8,718 nt of DNA from a virus (taxonomy: Duplodnaviria > Heunggongvirae > Uroviricota > Caudoviricetes), in IMG/VR virus record IMGVR_UViG_2529292985_000034, one strand, 5' to 3'. Both the position numbers and the translations under genes were made by a program. How positions within the stretch are numbered: position 1 is the first letter of the stretch; the number at the start of each line of letters is the position of its first letter. Under the pieces are notes generated by a model. That model was not told the origin of the DNA and ran no database searches. It saw nothing but the letters and a program-made list of their open reading frames with translations. Shown here one piece after another: positions 1 to 6,187 of this stretch.

Positions 1-1218
1 ATGAACAAACTGAGCGATACCTTGCTAAGGAAACTTCATGGTAAGCCAGCGGAGAAAAACACGTTTTATAGTGATGGCGGAAACCTGAGCGTGAAATATT
101 TAACATCAGGGAAATTGACCTGGTATTTCACATACAGGGCCGGAACGGGAAGGGAGACACGACCCGAACGCATTAAGCTGGGAAGTTATCCTGATCTGAG
201 CCTGAAATCAGCCAGGGAAAAAGCCGCCCAGTGTCGCGCATGGCTGGCAGAGGGGAAAAATCCACGTCATGAGCTTAATTACACCGTACAGGAAGCGTTA
301 AAGCCGGTAACGGTTGGCGATGCGCTCACCTACTGGCTTGAGTATTACGTAAAGGAAAACCGCGTGGATTATATCGCCCTGAAAAGGCGACTTAATAATC
401 ACGTAATACAGCAGATTGGTGCTATGCCGCTGGATAAATGCGAGCTACGGCACTGGCTGGCCTGTTTTGACCAGGTGGCAAAGCGAACGCCTGTTACTGC
501 CGGATTCGTGCTACAGGCGTGCAAACAGGCGCTTAAGTTCTGCCGTAGGCGGCGCTATGCAATCAGCAACGTTCTGGACGATCTGAACGTGGCGGACGTT
601 GGGAAAAAACCGGATATAAGCGAACGTGTCTTAAGTAACAAAGAACTTGGCGAATTATTGCAGGCACTGGACAAAAAAATATTCTCCCCTTACTACGTCG
701 CGTTAATCCGCCTCCTGATTGTCTTCGGAGCCAGAACGGTAGAACTGAGGTTATCGGAGATCGGGGAGTGGGATTTTACGGAAATGCTATGGACCGTTCC
801 GAAGGAGCACAGCAAAACGAAGGTCGCAATATTCCGGCCCATACCGGAAGCGATCCTGCCGTTCGTCACGCAGCTGGTGGAGCAGAACAGGCACACGGGC
901 TTATTGCTGGGGGAAGTGAAACAGGAGGCCAGCGTATCGCAGTATGGAAGATTAGCGCACAGGAGGCTTAATCATCCTCACTGGTCACTGCATGACATCC
1001 GGCGCACCTTTACAACCATGCTGAACGATTTAGGCGTTGATCCGCATGTCGTGGAGCAGCTTACAGGCCACCAGATGCCAGGAATGCAGCGAGTTTATAA
1101 TCATTCCCGTTATCTGGATGCTAAACGCAATGCGCTGGATATGTGGACGGAGCGGTTAGGGATACTGGCGGGAACACATGAAAACGTAACCACGCTACCA
1201 GTAGCCAGAAGAAAATAA
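1..1218 (+). CDS. int: P4-family tyrosine recombinase / integrase (405 aa)
   Basis: Full ORF from ATG at 1 to TAA at 1216-1218. N-terminal region (YSDGGNLSVKY...TWYFTYR) resembles the arm-binding domain of P4-type integrases. C-terminal catalytic signature residues are visible: ARTVELR (box I Arg), HSKTK (Lys), HDIRRTF (His-x-x-Arg), VYNHSRYL (Tyr). Confidence 0.9.
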   Translation: MNKLSDTLLRKLHGKPAEKNTFYSDGGNLSVKYLTSGKLTWYFTYRAGTGRETRPERIKLGSYPDLSLKSAREKAAQCRAWLAEGKNPRHELNYTVQEALKPVTVGDALTYWLEYYVKENRVDYIALKRRLNNHVIQQIGAMPLDKCELRHWLACFDQVAKRTPVTAGFVLQACKQALKFCRRRRYAISNVLDDLNVADVGKKPDISERVLSNKELGELLQALDKKIFSPYYVALIRLLIVFGARTVELRLSEIGEWDFTEMLWTVPKEHSKTKVAIFRPIPEAILPFVTQLVEQNRHTGLLLGEVKQEASVSQYGRLAHRRLNHPHWSLHDIRRTFTTMLNDLGVDPHVVEQLTGHQMPGMQRVYNHSRYLDAKRNALDMWTERLGILAGTHENVTTLPVARRK

Positions 1219-1235
1219 TTTTTTTCGTGTTTTTT

Positions 1236-1251
1236 CAGTATGCGCATACTG
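1236..1251. repeat. Perfect 16-bp palindrome CAGTATGCGCATACTG just downstream of int
   Basis: Read directly: CAGTATGC / GCATACTG are exact reverse complements. It is preceded, not followed, by T-tracts, so it looks more like a protein-binding dyad than a plus-strand terminator. Confidence 0.4.
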
Positions 1252-1263
1252 TATATGCGAACA

Positions 1264-1313
1264 GATACAACGTGCAACAATGAGCAACAATGTGGAACAA
1301 CCACGAACAAGAG
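1264..1313. repeat. Four to five phased 10-bp repeats with AACAA core
   Basis: Tandem 10-mers at 1274 (GCAACAATGA), 1284 (GCAACAATGT), 1294 (GGAACAACCA), 1304 (CGAACAAGAG), plus a degenerate copy at 1264 (GATACAACGT). Period is exactly 10 bp, in the int-alpA intergenic region. Confidence 0.4.
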
Positions 1314-1404
1314 GCGAAAAAGCATACAGATTTATAAGTGGCTGATTTTTAATGTGTCACTGGTTTTTTATACACTAGCGAATCACTCTTTAAAGAGCGA
1401 GAAA

Positions 1405-1433
1405 AAAGGCATGAAACAATATTTTATGCCTTT
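1405..1433. terminator. Putative intrinsic terminator hairpin in int-alpA spacer
   Basis: Perfect 8-bp stem AAAGGCAT (1405-1412) / ATGCCTTT (1426-1433) with a 13-nt loop. Flanked by an A-run upstream and TTTGTATT downstream, so it could terminate in either orientation. Confidence 0.3.
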
Positions 1434-1584
1434 GTATTAACATGAATTTAAAATATTTTATTCTTACTGTTTCATTTTCTGTAAATCATACATCCTCAAT
1501 ATTTGCCATTCATCACTCTAGCGGGAACAATACGACACAATAAGACACCTGATGACTCTTTAAGAAACGAAAGGGGGGGCAATA

Positions 1585-1773
1585 GTGTTAAGCACTGATC
1601 GGTTTATACGTGAAAAAGAATGCGAAAAACTAACCGGCCTTAGCCGTACGTGTCGCTACCGCCTGGAAAAGGCCGGACAATTCCCATCACGTCGTAAACT
1701 TGGCGGTCGTTCCGTTGGCTGGTCTTTATCCGAGGTTCTGGCCTGGAAGGATAGCTGCAAGGCAGTTCATTAA
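1585..1773 (+). CDS. alpA: AlpA/Vis-family phage transcriptional regulator (excisionase-like, 62 aa)
   Basis: GTG start at 1585 preceded by a G7 Shine-Dalgarno tract (1573-1579). Sequence DRFIREKECEKLTGLSRTCRYRLEKAGQFP matches the AlpA/Vis helix-turn-helix signature (ELTGLSRSTIYRL...G.FP). Position just downstream of a P4-type int is typical. Confidence 0.8.
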   Translation: MLSTDRFIREKECEKLTGLSRTCRYRLEKAGQFPSRRKLGGRSVGWSLSEVLAWKDSCKAVH

Positions 1774-1917
1774 TCACGCTGGCGGCACGCAGCCGCCACA
1801 CATCAATCATCTGAACACAGAGCTATAACCATGAAGATTGAATATACGCCAGAACGTGGGCGGGGATTCGTTCGCCCTGGTGAAACTGAAAAACAACAAA
1901 ATTGGGGTTTTTCAGGT

Positions 1918-1953
1918 ATAAAAAAAGCGGCCCCGAAATGGAGCCGCCTTTCT
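1918..1953 (-). terminator. Rho-independent terminator (minus-strand orientation; possibly bidirectional)
   Basis: Stem GCGGCCCC (1927-1934) / GGAGCCGC (1940-1947), 7 of 8 pairs, 5-nt loop. On the minus strand it is followed by a U-run (plus-strand A-run 1918-1926). It lies between the convergent alpA and minus-strand small genes. Confidence 0.5.
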
Positions 1954-2042
1954 GAACAGATAACCCGCTGCGCCGTTTGTGTGTGTGATCCCAAACATAA
2001 GCACGGGGATGATAGCCGCTATCAGGCTGGTGGGCAATGCAA

Positions 2043-2216
2043 TCAGTCTGGTTCAGTTCGTTGCCATACCTGCAATGAGCGCTTTTCCCTGTACTCTTTA
2101 AGGAATTGCTCAAGGGCAAAAGCACATGGTGCGAATCTTTCTGATTCATGCTCTATCTTTCTGCGCCGTCTTTTCCGTGCCGGTGATAATGTTTTGGTCA
2201 ATTCTTTATCGGTCAT
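2043..2216 (-). CDS. Hypothetical small basic protein (57 aa; alternative start at 2231 gives 62 aa)
   Basis: Minus-strand ORF downstream of the RHH gene. The internal ATG at 2216-2214 has AGGA 7 nt upstream. Arg/Lys-rich N-terminus (ARKRRRRK). The minus-strand terminator about 90 nt downstream supports a two-gene transcript. No recognisable family. Confidence 0.35.
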   Translation of the reverse strand: MTDKELTKTLSPARKRRRRKIEHESERFAPCAFALEQFLKEYREKRSLQVWQRTEPD

Positions 2217-2273
2217 TGTGTTGTCCTGCATAGCAATGCGCCGTAATACCTCACACCACGGCGCTGATAGTGA

Positions 2274-2453
2274 TTATTCTGATTCTTTGGCCTTGCGGCG
2301 CTGGCGGCGTTTGATCTCGCCTTCAAGTGCCGAAACGATAAATTGCCCTGTACTTTCGCCATCTTCCTTTAAATTTTCTACAGCATCAGCTATTGCGTGT
2401 GGTACTCGAGCCTCAAGCTTTTTGGATTTTGCATTAACTGCTTTTGTTGCCAT
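2274..2453 (-). CDS. Ribbon-helix-helix (Arc/CopG-like) DNA-binding protein, 59 aa; candidate repressor
   Basis: ATG at 2453-2451 with GAGGA 8 nt upstream. KKLEARVPHAIADAVENL fits the RHH pattern: beta-strand with alternating polar residues, Pro, then helix A. C-terminal basic tail. Divergent from the operon promoter that carries the triple repeat. Confidence 0.6.
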   Translation of the reverse strand: MATKAVNAKSKKLEARVPHAIADAVENLKEDGESTGQFIVSALEGEIKRRQRRKAKESE

Positions 2454-2474
2454 ATCTGATTTCCTCGTTATTAG

Positions 2475-2555
2475 GTGGCTGACAGTATACACACAAGAAA
2501 ACGGAAAAACACTATTGACGTGGCTGACACCCGTTACTAATATAGTGGCTGACAC
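2475..2555. promoter_or_regulatory. Operator-like triple direct repeat GTGGCTGACA
   Basis: Exact 10-mer GTGGCTGACA at 2475-2484, 2520-2529 and 2546-2555. Copy 2 lies in the promoter spacer; copy 3 lies just downstream of the -10 element, over the likely start site. Each copy has outer GTG/CAC dyad symmetry. Confidence 0.5.
2515..2543 (+). promoter_or_regulatory. Sigma70-like promoter for the rightward operon
   Basis: TTGACG (2515-2520), 17-bp spacer, TAATAT (2538-2543). About 100 bp upstream of the first operon ORF. Confidence 0.45.
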
Positions 2556-2647
2556 CTTTATCAAGGTAATCGATGAAAAGACAAAGCCCCGCAAGTGTCG
2601 TTACCACTCGCAGGGCTTCTAACCAACAACGTAAACTAGGAGCCGTT

Positions 2648-2845
2648 ATGGTTGCTGTAAATCATATACCACACCTTGTACACACACAAACGGCCTTTGT
2701 GTGGCGTTTTCTGGCACTGAGTGCCGGAGAATCTCAAATCATCCACGTAACCGCCTGGACGGAACGCGAAGCGCGTAACCGTTGCCCGTCCGGTTGTGTT
2801 GCTGTATTTGCCGCCCGTATTCGTCAGGAGGTGCGCCATGATTAA
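2648..2845 (+). CDS. Hypothetical protein, 65 aa (first gene of early operon)
   Basis: ATG at 2648 with GGAG 5 nt upstream (2639-2642). Stop overlaps the start of the next ORF. The longer 2573 start of the tracked ORF has no RBS and runs through the promoter. Confidence 0.55.
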   Translation: MVAVNHIPHLVHTQTAFVWRFLALSAGESQIIHVTAWTEREARNRCPSGCVAVFAARIRQEVRHD

Positions 2846-3050
2846 TCTGTCACTTACTGACCTTAACCGCATTCAGTTTCGTGAGAAATTCACAGGGCAG
2901 CTACTGGTCAATGTGGATAAAGGTCGCGTGGTGTGTAATTACCACTTACCAGATGAAGCAATTGTCGCCACAAGGGAATCATTACAGGAAATCACAAAAC
3001 GTGCCGGAATGATTAACACGAATATTCAGGGGATGCTTTATGCACAATAA
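2838..3050 (+). CDS. Hypothetical protein, 70 aa
   Basis: ATG at 2838 with AGGAGG 6 nt upstream (2826-2831). Overlaps the preceding stop by 8 nt and the next start by 11 nt (translational coupling). Confidence 0.6.
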   Translation: MINLSLTDLNRIQFREKFTGQLLVNVDKGRVVCNYHLPDEAIVATRESLQEITKRAGMINTNIQGMLYAQ

Positions 3051-3279
3051 AACCACACCGGACGCAGCCGCCGAAGCCATCAAAACGCTGATGCACGCGC
3101 TGATTGATATTTCTGTTATCGCGGACAGGGCACATAAGCACGCCACCAGCGAAACAGAATATGCCGGTGCTTTCGTTCCTCACTCACTGGCTGTCATGCA
3201 ATTTAGTGCTGATACGGCGCTGAATGAGGCCAAAGCTATCCTGATTGCTGATTGTGAAAATGGGGGGGGTTATGCGTGA
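3040..3279 (+). CDS. Hypothetical protein, 79 aa
   Basis: ATG at 3040 with AGGGGA upstream. The C-terminus (ENGGGYA) is encoded across a G8 homopolymer. Its stop overlaps the next start (ATGCGTGA). Confidence 0.6.
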   Translation: MHNKTTPDAAAEAIKTLMHALIDISVIADRAHKHATSETEYAGAFVPHSLAVMQFSADTALNEAKAILIADCENGGGYA

Positions 3280-3505
3280 TGATCGTTTTAATTCCCTGAA
3301 ACAGGAATTTTCCGGCGTTCCTGATGATGCGGCTGATGCGCTTTCGTCAATGCCAGAACTTATTAGAGCGGCTTTTTTCTTACTTTCCACGAGAGAATAT
3401 AAATCAACGGGGCTTGATGTACTGAATATCGCCGCCGATTATGCGGAATATGTGGCAGAGGCGCGTTATAGAAGAAAATTTCCTGAGGATGTAAGCCATG
3501 CGTGA
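3272..3505 (+). CDS. Hypothetical protein, 77 aa
   Basis: ATG at 3272 immediately after the G8 tract, which acts as RBS. ATGCGTGA overlap with the upstream stop. The same junction geometry recurs at 3498. Confidence 0.6.
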   Translation: MRDDRFNSLKQEFSGVPDDAADALSSMPELIRAAFFLLSTREYKSTGLDVLNIAADYAEYVAEARYRRKFPEDVSHA

Positions 3506-3731
3506 TATTTACCACCAAACAATAGACCGCGCATTTCTTGCACTTTCTCACAGTGAAAACATGATGGAAATATTGCGCATATGGCTTGAAACACTTGGCG
3601 ACAATGAACGCGACAAACAAAAATCAAGAATTGCCACAGCATTAATAACGCTTCTTGAGCCTGTAATAATGGAACTGCAAGAAATAGATCTATTGCACGA
3701 CAGATATAAAGAACAGCACACCGGAGAATAA
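3498..3731 (+). CDS. Hypothetical protein, 77 aa
   Basis: ATG at 3498 with GAGGA 9 nt upstream. ATGCGTGA overlap with the upstream stop. Predicted largely helical, acidic. Confidence 0.6.
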   Translation: MRDIYHQTIDRAFLALSHSENMMEILRIWLETLGDNERDKQKSRIATALITLLEPVIMELQEIDLLHDRYKEQHTGE

Positions 3732-3736
3732 AAATA

Positions 3737-4036
3737 ATGAAACTTAAATATTCTGGCTTAACTGCCAGTGGCAACACTCACCCTAAATTTACGCGCGGTG
3801 ATATTTACCGCGACCAGTACGGCGGCACGGTAATGATTAAGGACGTGGAAGAACGGCGCGTAACCTACCGCCGTGAAGGTTACGAATATGATTGCGTGAT
3901 GCCTGTTTATCAGTTCCGGCGTGATTTTTCTCTGGTACAGACCGCGCCGCATAACGTGCCCACCAGCAACGCCAGGGCACGGGCAAACATCCAGAAGCTG
4001 AAAACCATGGTTAACGGATTCAGGGGCAAGAAATGA
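3737..4036 (+). CDS. Hypothetical protein, 99 aa
   Basis: ATG at 3737 with GGAGA 10 nt upstream. Stop overlaps the start of the replication gene (ATGA at 4033-4036). Basic, Tyr/Arg-rich. Confidence 0.65.
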   Translation: MKLKYSGLTASGNTHPKFTRGDIYRDQYGGTVMIKDVEERRVTYRREGYEYDCVMPVYQFRRDFSLVQTAPHNVPTSNARARANIQKLKTMVNGFRGKK

Positions 4037-5433
4037 AAAGCGCACCGAACTTAAAAAAACAGCCTTACGACAAGATGACCGAAGTCATTATTTTTGCGGG
4101 TAGTGATGCCTGGGCACATGCGAAACAGTGGCAGGAACAGGACGGGCGACTGGCTGGCGATAATGTGCCTCCCGTTGTGCTGGCTGATGATCAACTGGAT
4201 GAACTGGCAGACCTGAGAATCATCGACGAGGGGCGCTATTGTGTCCGGCTGTACAAGGCAGGCCACATCAGGCCATCAAATATTAATGCCATTGCGCACA
4301 AGCTGGCGGCGGCGGGTGTAACTGATGCGAATTATTACCCCGAAGGGATGCACAGCCATATGCGGGAGAACTGGCGCGAATACCTGGAACGGGTGCGCGG
4401 GAAAGAGCCGGCGGAAGAAAAAAACCACCAGCGAAAAACCACGCTACCGATGAGCGTTGGATCTACCGGATACGACACGCAACTGGATTACGTGGTTAAG
4501 GGGATTATTCCGGCGGTATCGCTATGCAGCATATACGGGGCTAGCGGGTCCTATAAATCATTCCTTGCCGGATCGTGGGCGTGCCATGTTGCCACTGGTC
4601 GCCAGTGGGGAGGCCGCAGGGTTGCACATGGTGCGGTTCTCTATGTGGTTGGTGAAGGCGGTATAGGTGTTCCGCGTCGTGTAAAAGCCTGGGAGGTTGT
4701 GCACGATGAGCAGGTGAAAAATCTGTATCTGGTAAACCGCCCCATCTTTCCGGCTGCCCCGCTTGATGTTGATGAAATGGTTATCGCTGCCCGTCAGGTG
4801 GAGCGGGAAACGGGTAAACCTGTACGCATGATTATTCTGGATACGCTGGCGCGTTGCTTTGGTGGGAATGATGAAAATGATTCCCGTGATATGGGGGCGT
4901 TTATCCGTGGTTGTGACGAACTGAAACGACGCACAGGGGCCACGGTGCTGGTGGTTCACCATTCCGGCAAGGATGAGACGAAAGGCGCGCGCGGTTCCAG
5001 TGCATTTCGTGCTTCGCTGGATGCTGAATACCGGATACGCAGGGAGGACGCAGGAAGCGAAGCGCTGGTTATCTCATGCACCAAAATGAAGGACGCGGAG
5101 GAACTCAAAGAAGCCGCATATGACTTACGCGTGGTGGAGCTTTTTACCGACGCTGACGGTGAATTAATCACGTCGCTGGTGGTGGTGGATGATCCGCGCC
5201 CTCCTGTTGAACTGGAGCGCATCGAGGAGGCAGGGAACAAGACGGAAAACCATACCGCGCTATGGGGGTGCATCCGTTCACGCACACAGAACGGCGACAA
5301 GTGCACGATCCCGCTGTTACGTGATGACATGAAAAAGCTGGGGTATGAAATGAAAAACTTCCGGCGCTGGCTGTACAAGCTGGAAAAAGATGGGGTTATT
5401 CGTATCGATGGGGATGATGTAGCGCCGCTATAA
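4033..5433 (+). CDS. Replication protein: toprim-like N-terminal domain + RecA-like/RepA-type P-loop ATPase (primase/helicase of the island), 466 aa
   Basis: Walker A GASGSYKS, Walker B-like VRMIILDT, and an N-terminal acidic toprim-like segment (VIIFAGSDA ... LADDQLDE). Last gene of the coupled operon; iteron array immediately downstream. Confidence 0.85.
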   Translation: MKSAPNLKKQPYDKMTEVIIFAGSDAWAHAKQWQEQDGRLAGDNVPPVVLADDQLDELADLRIIDEGRYCVRLYKAGHIRPSNINAIAHKLAAAGVTDANYYPEGMHSHMRENWREYLERVRGKEPAEEKNHQRKTTLPMSVGSTGYDTQLDYVVKGIIPAVSLCSIYGASGSYKSFLAGSWACHVATGRQWGGRRVAHGAVLYVVGEGGIGVPRRVKAWEVVHDEQVKNLYLVNRPIFPAAPLDVDEMVIAARQVERETGKPVRMIILDTLARCFGGNDENDSRDMGAFIRGCDELKRRTGATVLVVHHSGKDETKGARGSSAFRASLDAEYRIRREDAGSEALVISCTKMKDAEELKEAAYDLRVVELFTDADGELITSLVVVDDPRPPVELERIEEAGNKTENHTALWGCIRSRTQNGDKCTIPLLRDDMKKLGYEMKNFRRWLYKLEKDGVIRIDGDDVAPL

Positions 5434-5624
5434 AAGTGAGGAGCAAAAGCGAGGGGGATAGAAAGAGGGCCAAAATTAGCCCGCTCTCCCTCACTTTTCG
5501 ACCTGTATACATCCTCAAAAGTGAGGGGTAAAAAAATACTTATGAAACACACACATAGAAAAACCGAAAATCCCAACTGCGACGAAGTGAGACGCTTGAA
5601 AAAGTGAGGCGAAAAAGTGAGAGG
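5432..5624. repeat. Iteron array (AAAGTGAGG family) with A-rich spacer; putative island replication origin
   Basis: Copies at 5432-5441, 5517-5528, 5584-5592, 5599-5610, 5612-5624; variants at 5445-5457 and 5461-5469; an inverted copy at 5489-5498. The inverted copy forms a perfect 10-bp inverted repeat with the 5517-5526 copy. An A-rich stretch lies at 5529-5575. Confidence 0.55.
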
Positions 5625-5633
5625 TTGCGAGAA

Positions 5634-5785
5634 ATGACCCAAAAACGCAGAGACAGAACAGAGCCAAAATATAAAGCGTTAGACATGACTGAGCACACCT
5701 TAAAGGTGGCAATCAGAACGATAGACCGCCACACGCGGGAAGGATACGCGAAGGAACATCCCGACCTGATAAGCGCATTCATGAC
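5634..5785 (+). pseudogene. Small island ORF whose 3' end is replaced by the IS600 terminus (doubtful gene)
   Basis: ORF beginning MTQKRRDR... runs in frame into the IS left inverted repeat, where it meets a TGA belonging to the IS. It overlaps the iteron region, so coding status is uncertain. Confidence 0.25.
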
Positions 5786-5849
5786 TGAGGTAGCCTGAGT
5801 TTAACGGACACTCCTTCCTGAAATAGAATGGCATCAGAAGGAGCTAATA

Positions 5850-6152
5850 ATGAGCAGAAAAAACCAACGTTACTCTAAAGAGTTCAAAGCCGAAGCTGTC
5901 AGAACGGTTCTTGAAAATCAACTTTCGATCAGTGAAGGCGCTTCCCGATTATCCCTTCCTGAAGGCACTTTAGGACAATGGGTTACCGCCGCCAGAAAAG
6001 GGCTCGGTACTCCTGGTTCCCGCACGGTGGCTGAACTGGAATCTGAAATTCTGCAACTGCGTAAGGCGTTAAATGAAGCTCGCCTTGAGCGAGATATATT
6101 AAAAAAAGCAACAGCGTATTTTGCACAGGAGTCGCTGAAAAATACGCGTTAA
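5850..6152 (+). CDS. IS3-family transposase OrfA (HTH, leucine zipper), 100 aa
   Basis: MSRKNQRYSKEFKAEAVR... is typical of IS3-family OrfA. Slippery A7 run at 6101-6107 near its 3' end. Confidence 0.9.
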   Translation: MSRKNQRYSKEFKAEAVRTVLENQLSISEGASRLSLPEGTLGQWVTAARKGLGTPGSRTVAELESEILQLRKALNEARLERDILKKATAYFAQESLKNTR

Positions 6153-6187
6153 TCGAACAATGGCGACAACAATTTCCCATTGAAGCG

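Noticed and set aside
693-971. Small ORFs on both strands inside int
   Set aside because: Embedded in the well-supported integrase reading frame.
1240-1440. Small plus-strand ORF (66 aa) in the int-alpA spacer
   Set aside because: Lies in AT-rich intergenic DNA containing repeats and hairpins; no RBS; translation is low-complexity.
1831-2622. Long plus-strand ORF (263 aa)
   Set aside because: It runs antisense through the RHH gene and the small minus-strand ORF and through the promoter/operator repeats. It has no RBS and a Cys/Ser/Arg-rich, non-protein-like composition. Best explained as an open antisense frame.
2573-2845. Longer 90-aa version of the first operon ORF starting at 2573
   Set aside because: That start lies upstream of the predicted transcription start, passes through the leader hairpin and lacks an RBS. 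The ATG at 2648 with GGAG is preferred.
3363-4045. Several minus-strand ORFs (85, 103, 95 aa) within the early operon
   Set aside because: Antisense to tightly coupled plus-strand genes that have good RBSs; no RBS or promoter of their own.
5432-5624. Possible CRISPR array, considered because of repeated AAAGTGAGG units
   Set aside because: Repeats are short (9-12 bp), irregularly spaced, in both orientations and degenerate. This is iteron-like, not a repeat-spacer array.
4956-5642. Minus-strand ORF (228 aa)
   Set aside because: Antisense to the 3' end of the replication gene and to the iteron region; Ser-rich low-complexity translation; no RBS.
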